A stretch of 29,477 nt of DNA from a virus. Lineage: Duplodnaviria; Caudoviricetes. The stretch covers positions 1 to 29,477 of IMG/VR virus record IMGVR_UViG_3300025839_000040; one strand, written 5' to 3'. The notes beneath the pieces are model-generated. The model was not told the origin of the DNA. It made no database searches and saw only the letters and a program-made list of their open reading frames with translations. Below are positions 1 through 9,353 of this stretch, one piece after another (within the stretch, counting starts at the first letter, position 1; each line of letters begins with the position of its first letter). The position numbers and the translations under genes are program-made.

Positions 1-165
1 AAAGAGACTGGGCTGGAGGTCGTAGCACTGCTTCCCGAAGTCACAGGCGATGTCGAGCGCCTGCATGATGAACGGGATGAGCCCGAGGAGTGCCGCCTTG
101 ACGGTGAGTGAAGTGGCGCGTGGGTCAGCCGATGATTTGATAATGAAGTCGATGATGGTTTTCAT
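1..165 (-). CDS. Holin-like membrane protein (partial, runs off the left edge)
   Basis: Not in the ORF track. ATG at 165 reads MKTIIDFIIKSSADPRATSLTVKAALLGLIPFIMQALDIACDFGKQCYDLQPQSL and stays open to base 1. Has a hydrophobic helix and lies directly downstream of the M23 gene. Confidence 0.6.
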   Translation of the reverse strand, partial: MKTIIDFIIKSSADPRATSLTVKAALLGLIPFIMQALDIACDFGKQCYDLQPSLF

Positions 166-175
166 AATTAGTAGG

Positions 176-820
176 TTAGATGCTTCTAGTAAGGCGATTG
201 ATCGCGTCTTGCACGCGCAGCAGTTGTTGAAACCACTGGCGGTGCTGCCGCGACGCATTGCTACTGAGGTGCTGAATGACTGGGCGCGGGTCAATGCTGC
301 CCTTAAAACCGTTGTCGTAGTTTTGCACGCTCAGTCGGATGGTAGATCCTGCGTAGGTAAAGCCACCAGACTTCACGCGCTTCACCTTGCGTAGCCCAAG
401 GTGGACGTGCGTGCCAGCAAACGGGTTAGTCTTCCAGAAGCCGTTGCCAGTACTGTTTGAGACCACGAAGCCTGTATTGCCCGTGTCAGCAATGTGCTGT
501 CCAGCACTTACGACATCACCTACCTTGACGTGGTTTTGGCTGTTGTGGCCGTATACCCATTCATTGCAGAGGCCCTTGCTGTCTGGTGTCTTCGACACGA
601 TACGCACGTTCTTACCGTACCCGAGCGGATCATTTACGACTGAAACAACGTCTGCATCCTCGATAGCAAAGAGGGGCTCACCGTGGGGGCGTACCAGGTC
701 GATACCGTTGTGCCCCTTGAGGCCAAACTGGGCGTAGAGGGCTGGGTTCTTACCGAACCACTGCGTTACGTCACCGTCAGGTGCCAGCTCTAAGTTCAAG
801 AAGCGAATTGGTGCGATCAT
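176..820 (-). CDS. M23-family metallopeptidase (probable endolysin)
   Basis: HxxxD (HNGID), YGH, GNTG and HxH (HVHLG) motifs typical of Peptidase_M23; flanked by holin-like genes. Confidence 0.9.
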   Translation of the reverse strand: MIAPIRFLNLELAPDGDVTQWFGKNPALYAQFGLKGHNGIDLVRPHGEPLFAIEDADVVSVVNDPLGYGKNVRIVSKTPDSKGLCNEWVYGHNSQNHVKVGDVVSAGQHIADTGNTGFVVSNSTGNGFWKTNPFAGTHVHLGLRKVKRVKSGGFTYAGSTIRLSVQNYDNGFKGSIDPRPVIQHLSSNASRQHRQWFQQLLRVQDAINRLTRSI

Positions 821-821
821 A

Positions 822-1100
822 CTATTTTTTATCTAAAAGGTTGATAACCCTCTCATATGCTTTCACGTTGTCCTCAATGACCTTGGACGCATTGTTGAGC
901 TGTACCATCGTACTGCTATGTACCTCGCGCATGTACGCTTGGTGCTCTTGCTGTGTCTCTTGGTGCTTTTCTACTTCGGTGATGAGCAACTCGTCTTTTT
1001 TTTCCGCGCGTTCGGAGGCATCTTTGAACTGTAGGTACAGCACTAAGATCGCTGCGCCAGCGATACCAAGTTGCGGAAGTGCGGTGATGATGGCGTCCAT
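822..1100 (-). CDS. Holin-like protein (N-terminal TM helix + coiled tail, BhlA-like architecture)
   Basis: LPQLGIAGAAILVLYLQF transmembrane segment, charged C-terminal half, adjacent to the endolysin. Confidence 0.6.
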   Translation of the reverse strand: MDAIITALPQLGIAGAAILVLYLQFKDASERAEKKDELLITEVEKHQETQQEHQAYMREVHSSTMVQLNNASKVIEDNVKAYERVINLLDKK

Positions 1101-1109
1101 AATACGGTA

Positions 1110-1118
1110 ATTATATCA
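1110..1118 (-). promoter_or_regulatory. Extended -10 promoter (TGaTATAAT) ahead of the holin/lysin genes
   Basis: Minus strand reads TGATATAAT-taccgtatt-ATG; no SD sequence. Confidence 0.5.
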
Positions 1119-1121
1119 CAC

Positions 1122-1238
1122 TTAACACGGCCTATCGCACTCACCACAACGCATCCCATACCGCCCTCTACGGATGTATGTTGGTGCGCGGTGACATCTG
1201 CTACGGTAGCCGAGGTAGATGAGGAGTTTAGTAAGCAT
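1122..1238 (-). CDS. Small Cys/His Zn-ribbon protein (38 aa)
   Basis: Manual translation MLTKLLIYLGYRSRCHRAPTYIRRGRYGMRCGECDRPC; fills the gap between two co-oriented genes. Confidence 0.55.
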   Translation of the reverse strand: MLTKLLIYLGYRSRCHRAPTYIRRGRYGMRCGECDRPC

Positions 1239-1245
1239 AGTATTT

Positions 1246-1941
1246 TTACCACCACATCATCATACCACTCGGGGTAGGTGTTGGGCCTACTTCTGCTGGC
1301 TTAAAGGCAAATGCGGCACCGCCATAACCCCGACCAGAAGTACCAAAAGTGTAAGACATGGTGATGGTGCCTGTTTGTGCTGAAATTAGTCCATTTGAAT
1401 CTCCAACCCTCAACCGTCCTGATGAACCTGTCGCATTACGAAGGGAACTTCCATTGTTAGAAATACTATTCCACTCTGCATCTACGTTAGAGCCAGAAAT
1501 ATACCACCACGCATCTTCTGAGGTAGTTAATGAAATACTCATTACTTTGCCAGAGGCGATATTCCCTGCTGTATTCGAGGTAATCACAGGCGAGGTTTGA
1601 TCAACACCTGTGTATGATGCCGCCACGACCCGCCACTGCGCTACACCCGTCGTAGCAGTCACTACGACGTTATTTGAACCTGATGCGGGATTTGCTAAAT
1701 AAAAAACATGATGTCGCCAGTTGTTTGTGCCTGTATAGGCAATAATATTAACTGCTACAGCAGTCATTGAGACACCATTATATGTCGCTGTTGGGGTTGG
1801 AGTTGGTGAATTTCCATTCAAACTAACGACACTGACAACAAGAAATCTATCCGAACCAGAGCAGGAGTGAGCATGTGTTTTGCTCGTAGCTGCAACTGTA
1901 TCGCTCGTACTCATCGAAGCATTGTCAAACGCTATGGCCAT
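1246..1941 (-). CDS. Virion/tail-associated beta-rich protein
   Basis: Ser/Thr/Gly-rich beta-strand composition (MAIAFD..., ATYNGVSMT, SYTGVDQTSP); sits in the fibre gene cluster. Confidence 0.6.
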   Translation of the reverse strand: MAIAFDNASMSTSDTVAATSKTHAHSCSGSDRFLVVSVVSLNGNSPTPTPTATYNGVSMTAVAVNIIAYTGTNNWRHHVFYLANPASGSNNVVVTATTGVAQWRVVAASYTGVDQTSPVITSNTAGNIASGKVMSISLTTSEDAWWYISGSNVDAEWNSISNNGSSLRNATGSSGRLRVGDSNGLISAQTGTITMSYTFGTSGRGYGGAAFAFKPAEVGPTPTPSGMMMWW

Positions 1942-1944
1942 ATA

Positions 1945-2238
1945 CTACTTCACACTTACCGTCACCCGTGAACGGATATTATCCCGCACGGCCTCCTTTT
2001 CCGCCTCGCGGGTATCTCGTACCGCCTTTTCAATGTCGTCAGTGAGTGGCTTATGGAAGATAGTAGCAATTTGCTCTTTCATAATCCTTAGCAAAAACGC
2101 TTGCTTGTTTTCTTTGTTTGGTTCGACAATTGGATTGCCAACCTCATCTGCCCCAGTAGTCACGACTGCTCGATACTCTAGACGATCAGCGAAGTCGGAA
2201 AACTCTTGTAGGGTAGCTTCAAATACTAGTTTTGCCAT
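1945..2238 (-). CDS. Hypothetical protein (possible fibre chaperone)
   Basis: 97 aa ORF packed tightly between fibre genes. Confidence 0.6.
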   Translation of the reverse strand: MAKLVFEATLQEFSDFADRLEYRAVVTTGADEVGNPIVEPNKENKQAFLLRIMKEQIATIFHKPLTDDIEKAVRDTREAEKEAVRDNIRSRVTVSVK

Positions 2239-2239
2239 A

Positions 2240-4771
2240 TTATGCTGGGATTACTTGACTATCAACACACACGTAGGTGGTGCCGATACGCTTATAAAGT
2301 TCTAATAATGTCTCGCCTGTAGCGATGGTTCCTGCTCTTGTCTTGCCACCATCAGTTAGCCCTGACACGCGGGTGATGGTGCGTGTCCCACCCGACGCTT
2401 TAAGATTGTAGAGCACCATACAGTTATCTTTTGGTGTCCCTGATGGGAGCTGTAGCTCGGCGTTCGCGGTAAGGGCCGTGGCAACGTACTCGTTTCTGTC
2501 TGCCGTTGTCGTGGCGGTTGGGGTAGCTGACGAGGCTTCGGAAACCAAAGAGTAGGTTACTCCCTCATCTTTCCACACCTTTTCCCCTGACGCATTGGTA
2601 CCGTAAACTTTGTTGTTACCTGTGGCAGAGAGATAGACCGAGCCGTTGTTCCGATCAGTAATGGTGCTCGATACCGTTGGAGAGCCACCTGAGAGGTCAA
2701 CGCGCTCTAAGATTGTATTTGATGCCAGGGTTGCGTTAATTGTGACAGAGCTTGGTTGAAAACCGTCCACCCGAGTAAGTGAGTTTGGTAAGTTGGAAGA
2801 CCCGTTGTTGTCTACAATAAGGTTAAAGGTTTGCCCGCTTCCCTGAGCCACCGCGTATAAGTTTTCAAATGAGTTGTTGTGTGAAGTGCTATCAAGATCA
2901 ATGACTGTTCCACCAGAAAGCGGGCGACAGTAGTTTAAATCTCGGTAGGTACAATCACGCCCACGGACATGCTTAATGACGGTTTGGACATCTTCAATGT
3001 TTAAGTTTGTGAAACTATGGTGACGGGAATCCCCAAAAGAAGACGATGCGCCAACAATACTAATGCCGATAGAACTTGTCAGGGCGGTACCACCAGCAAT
3101 ATCAAGTCGTTTGACTGCGACAAGATTCATAACATTTTCCGCTGTAGTGCTCTGTACCGCTAACTGAAACCCGATTGCACTGGCGTTTGACGCGTCATTC
3201 CATAAGTTAATAAACATTCTGTCAACGGTAAGATTGCCTGGATTGAAAGCGTTTGTGTGGGCTACAAAATTACAGCCGTTCGCCACACCGTTCATTTCGA
3301 TGTTGGTAAGGCGCATACGAAACGGTGACTGCAAATCAAGTCCCCACCCAGTGTGGTCTACAAAGTTACCTTGGAGGTAAACATCGTGAATCCATGACTG
3401 CCAGTTACCGCGTTCGGTGCCTGCGGTTTGAGAAATACAGTCACCTGAACCCGCCGCCACCGCCGTAAAGTAAGCAATCTCGTATTTAGCCCGTTGCCCC
3501 GTTGCAATCACGTTGACATTTGATGCCCCGACTAGCGTAGTTGACTCACTCCCTGAACCAAGGAGAGTCATAAACGGGTTAGCGTCTGATTCCGCTACAT
3601 TCCCCAACATGTTAATTGAAGCCGCGATTGCAAAAGTTCCTGAGGAAAGAATTACCTTACCACCAGTTGCACGGATAGCATCTAAGGCTAGGTTAATTTG
3701 TACCTCATCAGCCGTTCCATCGCATACGTAGTCAGCGAGAGCTTTTTCTTTGGTGGTTGCATCATCAGCGGCGACAAAGTAATACGCGCTGGCGGGGGTG
3801 GCTCCACCAAGTGTTTCAATTTTGTCGTATAAGGCGTTCTTAGTAGGTACTTCAAGTGATCCATTCCACCCTGCTCCATATACTTCATCAGCAACAGTTA
3901 CGGCTGTGCTGACATTAACCACACCAGTTCCTTTCGGTGTGATATCTATGTCAATATTTGTGTCTGAGCCAAAAGAATATATCTTTATTCCGTCTGTTGT
4001 TGCCGCCCCGTTTACACCAAGATAATTAACAGTAGTTCCTAGGGGGGCTTGTTGGAAAGTTGCAACTACACCTCCTCCACTTTCTAATAACAATCCATCT
4101 TCGGCCCTTACTGCGTTAGTAAAAACTCTTGCAAGATATGTCCCAGCTTTCCCAATGTTTTGAGTGCCGTCTGCTACTGGGATAATATTTCCAGAGTCAT
4201 CCAACAACATCGTGGTGTTTTGAATCAACTTACCAGTTGTTCCATCAAACCGAGCAATCGCGTTATCTGTGGCACTTGCTGGGCCAACGACATACGTAGC
4301 TAGTGTTGAACTAAGTGGAATCACATATCCCGCGCCTAAACCAATCGCCAATGTTCCTGAGGTGGTGACGGGCGATCCCGTTACCGTTAATCCCGTTGGC
4401 ACAGTAAGCCCAACGGAGGTGACGGTACCTGATCCACCACCTGTAGCGGAAAGCGTTGTCCCCACTAATGAAAGACCAGAACCAACTGTAAGGGCAGAAA
4501 TGGCGGTTCCGTTACCGTACAAAATACCTGCAATAGTAGTTGTAAGGGTAAGTCGTGGTTCAACGGGATCACCGTCAGAGGTTGCAGAAAAACCATTGGC
4601 GGTAGTGACACCAATAGTCTGTACCGTACCAGACCCACTACCAGTCATACTGGTCAGGATTCTTCCAGTAGCAGGATTGATTTTACCTGGCAAGATTAAA
4701 CCAGGTGTCGTTGAACTTTCAAATCCGACTGCGGTTACGTGGTTTTCATCTCTGGGTAATATGCCTGACAT
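2240..4771 (-). CDS. Tail fibre/spike with pectin-lyase-like beta-helix (putative depolymerase)
   Basis: GSGTV(T/Q)(S/T) fibre repeats, GPASATDNAIARFDGTTGKLIQN fibre motif, ADYVCDGTADEVQINLAL...GGKVILSSGTF beta-helix entry, Asn/Gly-rich repeats. Confidence 0.8.
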   Translation of the reverse strand: MSGILPRDENHVTAVGFESSTTPGLILPGKINPATGRILTSMTGSGSGTVQTIGVTTANGFSATSDGDPVEPRLTLTTTIAGILYGNGTAISALTVGSGLSLVGTTLSATGGGSGTVTSVGLTVPTGLTVTGSPVTTSGTLAIGLGAGYVIPLSSTLATYVVGPASATDNAIARFDGTTGKLIQNTTMLLDDSGNIIPVADGTQNIGKAGTYLARVFTNAVRAEDGLLLESGGGVVATFQQAPLGTTVNYLGVNGAATTDGIKIYSFGSDTNIDIDITPKGTGVVNVSTAVTVADEVYGAGWNGSLEVPTKNALYDKIETLGGATPASAYYFVAADDATTKEKALADYVCDGTADEVQINLALDAIRATGGKVILSSGTFAIAASINMLGNVAESDANPFMTLLGSGSESTTLVGASNVNVIATGQRAKYEIAYFTAVAAGSGDCISQTAGTERGNWQSWIHDVYLQGNFVDHTGWGLDLQSPFRMRLTNIEMNGVANGCNFVAHTNAFNPGNLTVDRMFINLWNDASNASAIGFQLAVQSTTAENVMNLVAVKRLDIAGGTALTSSIGISIVGASSSFGDSRHHSFTNLNIEDVQTVIKHVRGRDCTYRDLNYCRPLSGGTVIDLDSTSHNNSFENLYAVAQGSGQTFNLIVDNNGSSNLPNSLTRVDGFQPSSVTINATLASNTILERVDLSGGSPTVSSTITDRNNGSVYLSATGNNKVYGTNASGEKVWKDEGVTYSLVSEASSATPTATTTADRNEYVATALTANAELQLPSGTPKDNCMVLYNLKASGGTRTITRVSGLTDGGKTRAGTIATGETLLELYKRIGTTYVCVDSQVIPA

Positions 4772-4773
4772 AA

Positions 4774-5037
4774 TTACGTGCCTATGAGTAATGCCCCGTC
4801 ACTAGTTGCTACAGCGGGGTAAAGTAAGCCTCCATATCCTTCAAACAAAAGTACGTTTACGTAGTTTTCGTCTTGTGGTGAAACAGGTTCCATTGTAAAA
4901 GAAATGGTCGCAGTAGCGTCTACCCGCAGATTATTTCCTTCAATTACTACTGGCACCAGGTTAGCTCCTTGAACAGTATCAGTGTTCAAGACAGCTAGTG
5001 ATTCTGGTATGAAGTTAGTATCACGGGTAGATTGCAT
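4774..5037 (-). CDS. Small structural protein with two RDxN-type modules
   Basis: RDTNFIP and QDENYVN, matching the N-termini of both neighbouring genes. Confidence 0.65.
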   Translation of the reverse strand: MQSTRDTNFIPESLAVLNTDTVQGANLVPVVIEGNNLRVDATATISFTMEPVSPQDENYVNVLLFEGYGGLLYPAVATSDGALLIGT

Positions 5038-5038
5038 A

Positions 5039-5569
5039 TCAGACAGGGGTTACATTAGCGTTCGGAGTAAGAGGAACCCAACCAGCATAAAAAGTAATTG
5101 ATCCTGTGGTTGGCGTGTTTGTGGTTGCATAACGAAATTCTATCGCGGTTGGGCCACCATTTTTTTCGATGATAATAAATGGCATAAACGAACCAGGAGT
5201 GGTGGAGGCTACGGGGTCAATCAAAGCAGTTAAACTCGCGTTGGAGGCGACTAAGGCGACAGAGGCAATACCTCTTCGGACAAGTGTTGACCCAGCCACA
5301 AAGCCTGATAAGGTTGTCCCCGCCAAGGCACTAATTGATGGCTGGGCTGACCCGTCATTTACACGCCAGGAAGCAGCGGTAACATGAGAACCAAGGGTTT
5401 CTTGTACTACTCCATATAGAGCAATAAACTGCACTGACCCCGTGACCGTAAACAACGGAACTGCCACGGTTTCATTATTAGCAGTTAATGAAATTGTTTT
5501 TTCAACCAACAGACCATTTTGCGTAATTGGTACGTGGTTTTCATCTCGTTGGAAAACACCGTTTGTCAT
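5039..5569 (-). CDS. Structural protein with N-terminal RDENHV module
   Basis: FQRDENHVPI N-terminus followed by a beta-rich body; preceded by TATAAT-8nt-ATG. Confidence 0.65.
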   Translation of the reverse strand: MTNGVFQRDENHVPITQNGLLVEKTISLTANNETVAVPLFTVTGSVQFIALYGVVQETLGSHVTAASWRVNDGSAQPSISALAGTTLSGFVAGSTLVRRGIASVALVASNASLTALIDPVASTTPGSFMPFIIIEKNGGPTAIEFRYATTNTPTTGSITFYAGWVPLTPNANVTPV

Positions 5570-5578
5570 ATAGCATAA

Positions 5579-6088
5579 TTATACCTTACGCAACCGTGCG
5601 ATGTCTTGCTGTAGCATCTCCATATCGGCGGCCAACTTTTGTTCTTGATCGCCGAGTTTTTTCTTTCGCACACCCAGGTTCTTTCGCTCTCCCTCTAAGT
5701 ACGCCCGCTCTTTTTCTAATTGATTTTTTTGAAGTATAAGAGCTTCGGTTTTTTCTTTAATGAGCAATTCTGTTTGTTTAATAACAGTGCGATTGGTTTC
5801 AACCTGATCTTTGATGTAGTCCAATAATTTATGTGAATCTGCAACAATATTTTCAGCTTCGTATACCAGAGAAGTGACAACATCGTGGTTTCGTTCCGCT
5901 TCTGCGATCACTTCCCTACTAGCGAGTAGGGTGTTCTGTACAAGCTCTATGGTTTCCTTTTCACGGAGTTGTTTATACGCCTCAGTTGAGTTTTTTATTT
6001 CATCAAACAAAGCGGTAGCCTGCGAAATTGCTATCTGTATTTCAGATAGTTCTTTAAGAGCTTTAAACTTTTCCGTGTCGAGTTCCAT
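5579..6088 (-). CDS. Coiled-coil protein
   Basis: Heptad-rich E/K/L/Q composition across 169 aa. Confidence 0.7.
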   Translation of the reverse strand: MELDTEKFKALKELSEIQIAISQATALFDEIKNSTEAYKQLREKETIELVQNTLLASREVIAEAERNHDVVTSLVYEAENIVADSHKLLDYIKDQVETNRTVIKQTELLIKEKTEALILQKNQLEKERAYLEGERKNLGVRKKKLGDQEQKLAADMEMLQQDIARLRKV

Positions 6089-6091
6089 GAT

Positions 6092-6610
6092 TTATTCAGC
6101 TTTTGGTTCTGTTAGTAACCGCTCTAGCGCAGTCTTATTCATCCGCGCATCGAACTTAATTTCGCGCTTTTGTAGCTCAGCGATTACTTGGGCTTTATCC
6201 ATGTAGCTTCCTGGTGTCGTTTCCGTTGAGGTTGTTTCGGGGAGTAATTCATTTAATTCCTCAATCTTTTGTTTGACAATTTCGGCTTCGGTCTTTGGTA
6301 GTTTCTTTTCCTCCTCGTATTCCTCTGACAAGAAAGAATCAGCCAACTTCATGCAGTTTTCTTCTGTCCACAGTGGGCGATCTGATCCCTTGCCATCCAC
6401 CTCAGACGGGCCGTACACAGGGGCTTTCTTAATGTACACCTGACGAGCCAAGTGCTTTGCGAGCAATTTAGCGGCTGGTTTTGGCATGAGCAAGGACTTT
6501 CCTGCTGGAATCATGTACGGTACCCCGTGGTACCGCGCACCCATCTCAGGAGTGAAGTCGAAGTCCGTGCAATTAGTGAGTCGAACTACTTTATGTTCAT
6601 CTGGGTTCAT
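6092..6610 (-). CDS. Phage protein with C-terminal HeH/LEM-like helical domain
   Basis: C-terminal MDKAQVIAELQKREIKFDARMNKTALERLL. ATG at 6610 preferred over TTG at 6628. Confidence 0.6.
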   Translation of the reverse strand: MNPDEHKVVRLTNCTDFDFTPEMGARYHGVPYMIPAGKSLLMPKPAAKLLAKHLARQVYIKKAPVYGPSEVDGKGSDRPLWTEENCMKLADSFLSEEYEEEKKLPKTEAEIVKQKIEELNELLPETTSTETTPGSYMDKAQVIAELQKREIKFDARMNKTALERLLTEPKAE

Positions 6611-6700
6611 AGTGAGTTTTATTACCAAGGCTTCAATCGTTCCCTGGGGAGTCTAAGTGCTCCATAAAGCCTCCCTACAAGAGAGAGACTTTAGGAATCC

Positions 6701-7399
6701 TTAGGTGATACTTACAAAGACGAGAGCACCTTGGTCAGGAGCGGCGTTTGCCACTATTGCGCGACCAAGAATCTGCGCGTCATCAAGCGTTTCACCAACG
6801 GCAAGTGGAATAACTTGTCCTGTGGTGTCATCACCCGTAGAGAAGTATTCACTTACAACCAGCGCGGCACCAGCCATTACAGTACCAACACCTCGGACGA
6901 GAACGTAGCCGTATTCTCCTGCCGCGAAAGCAACCTGAGCAATACCTGTAGCGTTCTGTAAAAGTGATGTTACCGCAGACTTTACAACCACGTTTGGTGT
7001 AGAGATAGTGATGTCACTATCCGCTACCGACAACGCCGTTGTGAGTGCGTACGCTGGGTACAACTGGAGGGTGTCAGCGGTGTTACTGTAGATTTGAGCA
7101 ACTTGCCCAACCCCAGTACCATCGTCAACTACCACCCAACCATTTGCAAACTGACCTGGTGTCCAACTTGCGCCTGACTTGGTGATGTACACGATCCGAC
7201 CCTGTGAGTCTGTTGAAGAACTCACTGTGTCAACCGCTGTAACAGCGGCAGGAACCGCTACCGAACCCTTTGCAAGACCACCAGTGGAAGCCTGAACGTA
7301 TGTCCATACTCGTCCATCAGGAGTCTCTGCTCGGGTACCAAGCGCGAGAGCTGGGTTAGCAGTCGTTTGTAATGCGTCTTGGAATGAAATGTGAATCAT
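6701..7399 (-). CDS. Capsid decoration/cement-like protein
   Basis: Directly follows the major capsid gene; LGTRAETPDGRVWTYVQA and GEYGYVLVRG patterns; small-residue rich. Confidence 0.65.
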   Translation of the reverse strand: MIHISFQDALQTTANPALALGTRAETPDGRVWTYVQASTGGLAKGSVAVPAAVTAVDTVSSSTDSQGRIVYITKSGASWTPGQFANGWVVVDDGTGVGQVAQIYSNTADTLQLYPAYALTTALSVADSDITISTPNVVVKSAVTSLLQNATGIAQVAFAAGEYGYVLVRGVGTVMAGAALVVSEYFSTGDDTTGQVIPLAVGETLDDAQILGRAIVANAAPDQGALVFVSIT

Positions 7400-7464
7400 A
7401 TAATTTTGGTTACAGCCCGTTATTGTTTTTCAAATATTGGGCAATTCGTTAGTGGTCTAACTTA

Positions 7465-8526
7465 TTAAGCGTTGAGGTTGTACATCGCACCTACCAATCG
7501 TCGTTGTTCTGCGATGTAGTTTCCTGCGTACATGACGTAGCCAACTTCTGCAAACTGATCAACTGGCATCATAAAGTCACGGAAGTAAAATCCTTTTGTT
7601 GAAGGAACACGACCTGGCACACCATTTGGTACACCATCGTTGCTCTGCTTGAAGTTAAGGGTTTCAAATCCGCGAATCTTCTTATCAATTCCTTTCCAAC
7701 CAAAATAGTTGCTGTTGAAACCGAACATTGCCCCAGCCTGGACTTGCTCATCCTTTACAACTGGTGTGCCACGGAACCAGAGACACTCAAAGCCTTGGTT
7801 TCCGTTAAGACCATTTGCACTTGCAACCATGCCGTACTCATCCATCTTTGGATAACCATTTTGGACGTATCCAGCGCGGACAGTTGGGGTGAGTAATGAT
7901 TCATACACACTCCAAAGAGCCTTCGTAGTGACGATCATATCGGGCTTGGCAGTACCAATTTCGATTGCATCGTAGAACGTCGCCATCTTTGCGAGGGTAA
8001 GTGCGCCTGCTGATTGGAGGTCATACCCAGCCCAGGTTGGGTAACTCGTTGCCGAGAGTCCACCGTAGGTTGGGAACGCACCACCGTCATCTGCTGCGTT
8101 CATCAGAGAGTCAGGCAAATTACCAGTACCAGTACCAGTAAAGAGTCCTTGTCCCATGAGGTCAATCAAACTCTGTGCTTGTGAGTCAAACTCAGTCTGC
8201 AAGAGGTCAACAATTCGTTCCTGTCCCTCGTTGAGGGCCACTTCAATACTGGACGCAACTACAGGCTTGTACACCATCTTCGGCTCAAATGACGCGGTGA
8301 CGCGTACATTCTGTCGGTTAGTGTCAAGTTGGTTTGCGATACCAGTCCATCCTCCATTTGTTGTGTCTTGGTATTTGATCGGGAACTCATACTTTGTACC
8401 AGTGCTCCAAGACTTTGCCGTTCGCAAGAGTTTCATCAAAGTTGGTGAACCCTTGGTTACTTGGTCGTATACTTTTGGAACAATAAAGGTACGGGTAGTG
8501 GTTCGTACTGCTTCATCAAACGTCAT
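7465..8526 (-). CDS. Major capsid protein (HK97 fold inferred)
   Basis: 353 aa, follows portal and scaffold; PDMIVTT and FRGTPVVKDE motifs typical of phage coat proteins. Confidence 0.85.
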   Translation of the reverse strand: MTFDEAVRTTTRTFIVPKVYDQVTKGSPTLMKLLRTAKSWSTGTKYEFPIKYQDTTNGGWTGIANQLDTNRQNVRVTASFEPKMVYKPVVASSIEVALNEGQERIVDLLQTEFDSQAQSLIDLMGQGLFTGTGTGNLPDSLMNAADDGGAFPTYGGLSATSYPTWAGYDLQSAGALTLAKMATFYDAIEIGTAKPDMIVTTKALWSVYESLLTPTVRAGYVQNGYPKMDEYGMVASANGLNGNQGFECLWFRGTPVVKDEQVQAGAMFGFNSNYFGWKGIDKKIRGFETLNFKQSNDGVPNGVPGRVPSTKGFYFRDFMMPVDQFAEVGYVMYAGNYIAEQRRLVGAMYNLNA

Positions 8527-8545
8527 AGTAATTTACTTATAGCGG

Positions 8546-9259
8546 TTAATTTGTGAGAGAAGCAAGGAAATCGCGGGCCGAACCAAACCGTTGGGAAACA
8601 TTAGGGTCTACCGCATCGCCCGTTATTGGTGTGCCTGTTGGGGGAGCAACAGGAGCTTCACCACGCCTTTGGACATTTTGGAGTACCCGTGTTTCGGTCT
8701 GGGCAATCGCATCACGCATTACTCGGTAATTGTCGTGAGCGAGTTTCAAATCACGAAATCCATACTTACTCGCGTGTTGGAATAGGGCGTTCTCGTCTAG
8801 CTTTGGATCATCTTTCTTTAGCTCGGCTAATTGTGCTTCAACTCGGCTTGTGATTTCTTCCCGTTGTTCCAATTCTGCAAGACGCGCTCGCTCTAATTCC
8901 GCAATCGCTTCCTGTTTAGCTATTTGAATCACCTCTGCGTAAGAATTTGGTACGTAGTCTGGTTGTGACCATTCTGGTACTACTTCTTCCTTTGGGGGAC
9001 GTTTTAGCTCAGCAAGCTCTTGGGATTTGCGAGTGTAATCAGGCAAAAAGTGCTCTTTCCATTCTCGCTGTAGTGTCTCTGCATCTACCTTTCGTCCATC
9101 AGGAGTTTCGTATAAAACTGGTTCAGGGGTTTCAATAGGCGCATCGTTTGGAATTGCCTCAGGACTTTCGCCTGGATCAGTTTCAGGAATTGTTCCTGGG
9201 TCTGTTGGTTCTGCGACTACAGTTGTTTCTTCTATGTCCATAAATGTTTCGACTGCCAT
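8546..9259 (-). CDS. Capsid scaffolding protein
   Basis: Acidic Pro-rich N-terminus, DYTRKSQELAE motif, helical body, position between portal and capsid. Confidence 0.8.
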   Translation of the reverse strand: MAVETFMDIEETTVVAEPTDPGTIPETDPGESPEAIPNDAPIETPEPVLYETPDGRKVDAETLQREWKEHFLPDYTRKSQELAELKRPPKEEVVPEWSQPDYVPNSYAEVIQIAKQEAIAELERARLAELEQREEITSRVEAQLAELKKDDPKLDENALFQHASKYGFRDLKLAHDNYRVMRDAIAQTETRVLQNVQRRGEAPVAPPTGTPITGDAVDPNVSQRFGSARDFLASLTN

Positions 9260-9353
9260 TTTGCAACTTATTCTTGCGAGTGATGCAAACCGCTAGGTCA
9301 TAATTATGTATAAGTGTTGGTTGTTCCCCCGTACACCAAGCAAACGGGATTGT

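Noticed and set aside
4380-4645. GSGTV repeats in the fibre gene as a DNA repeat element
   Set aside because: Protein-level fibre repeats with divergent codons, ordinary for tail fibres.
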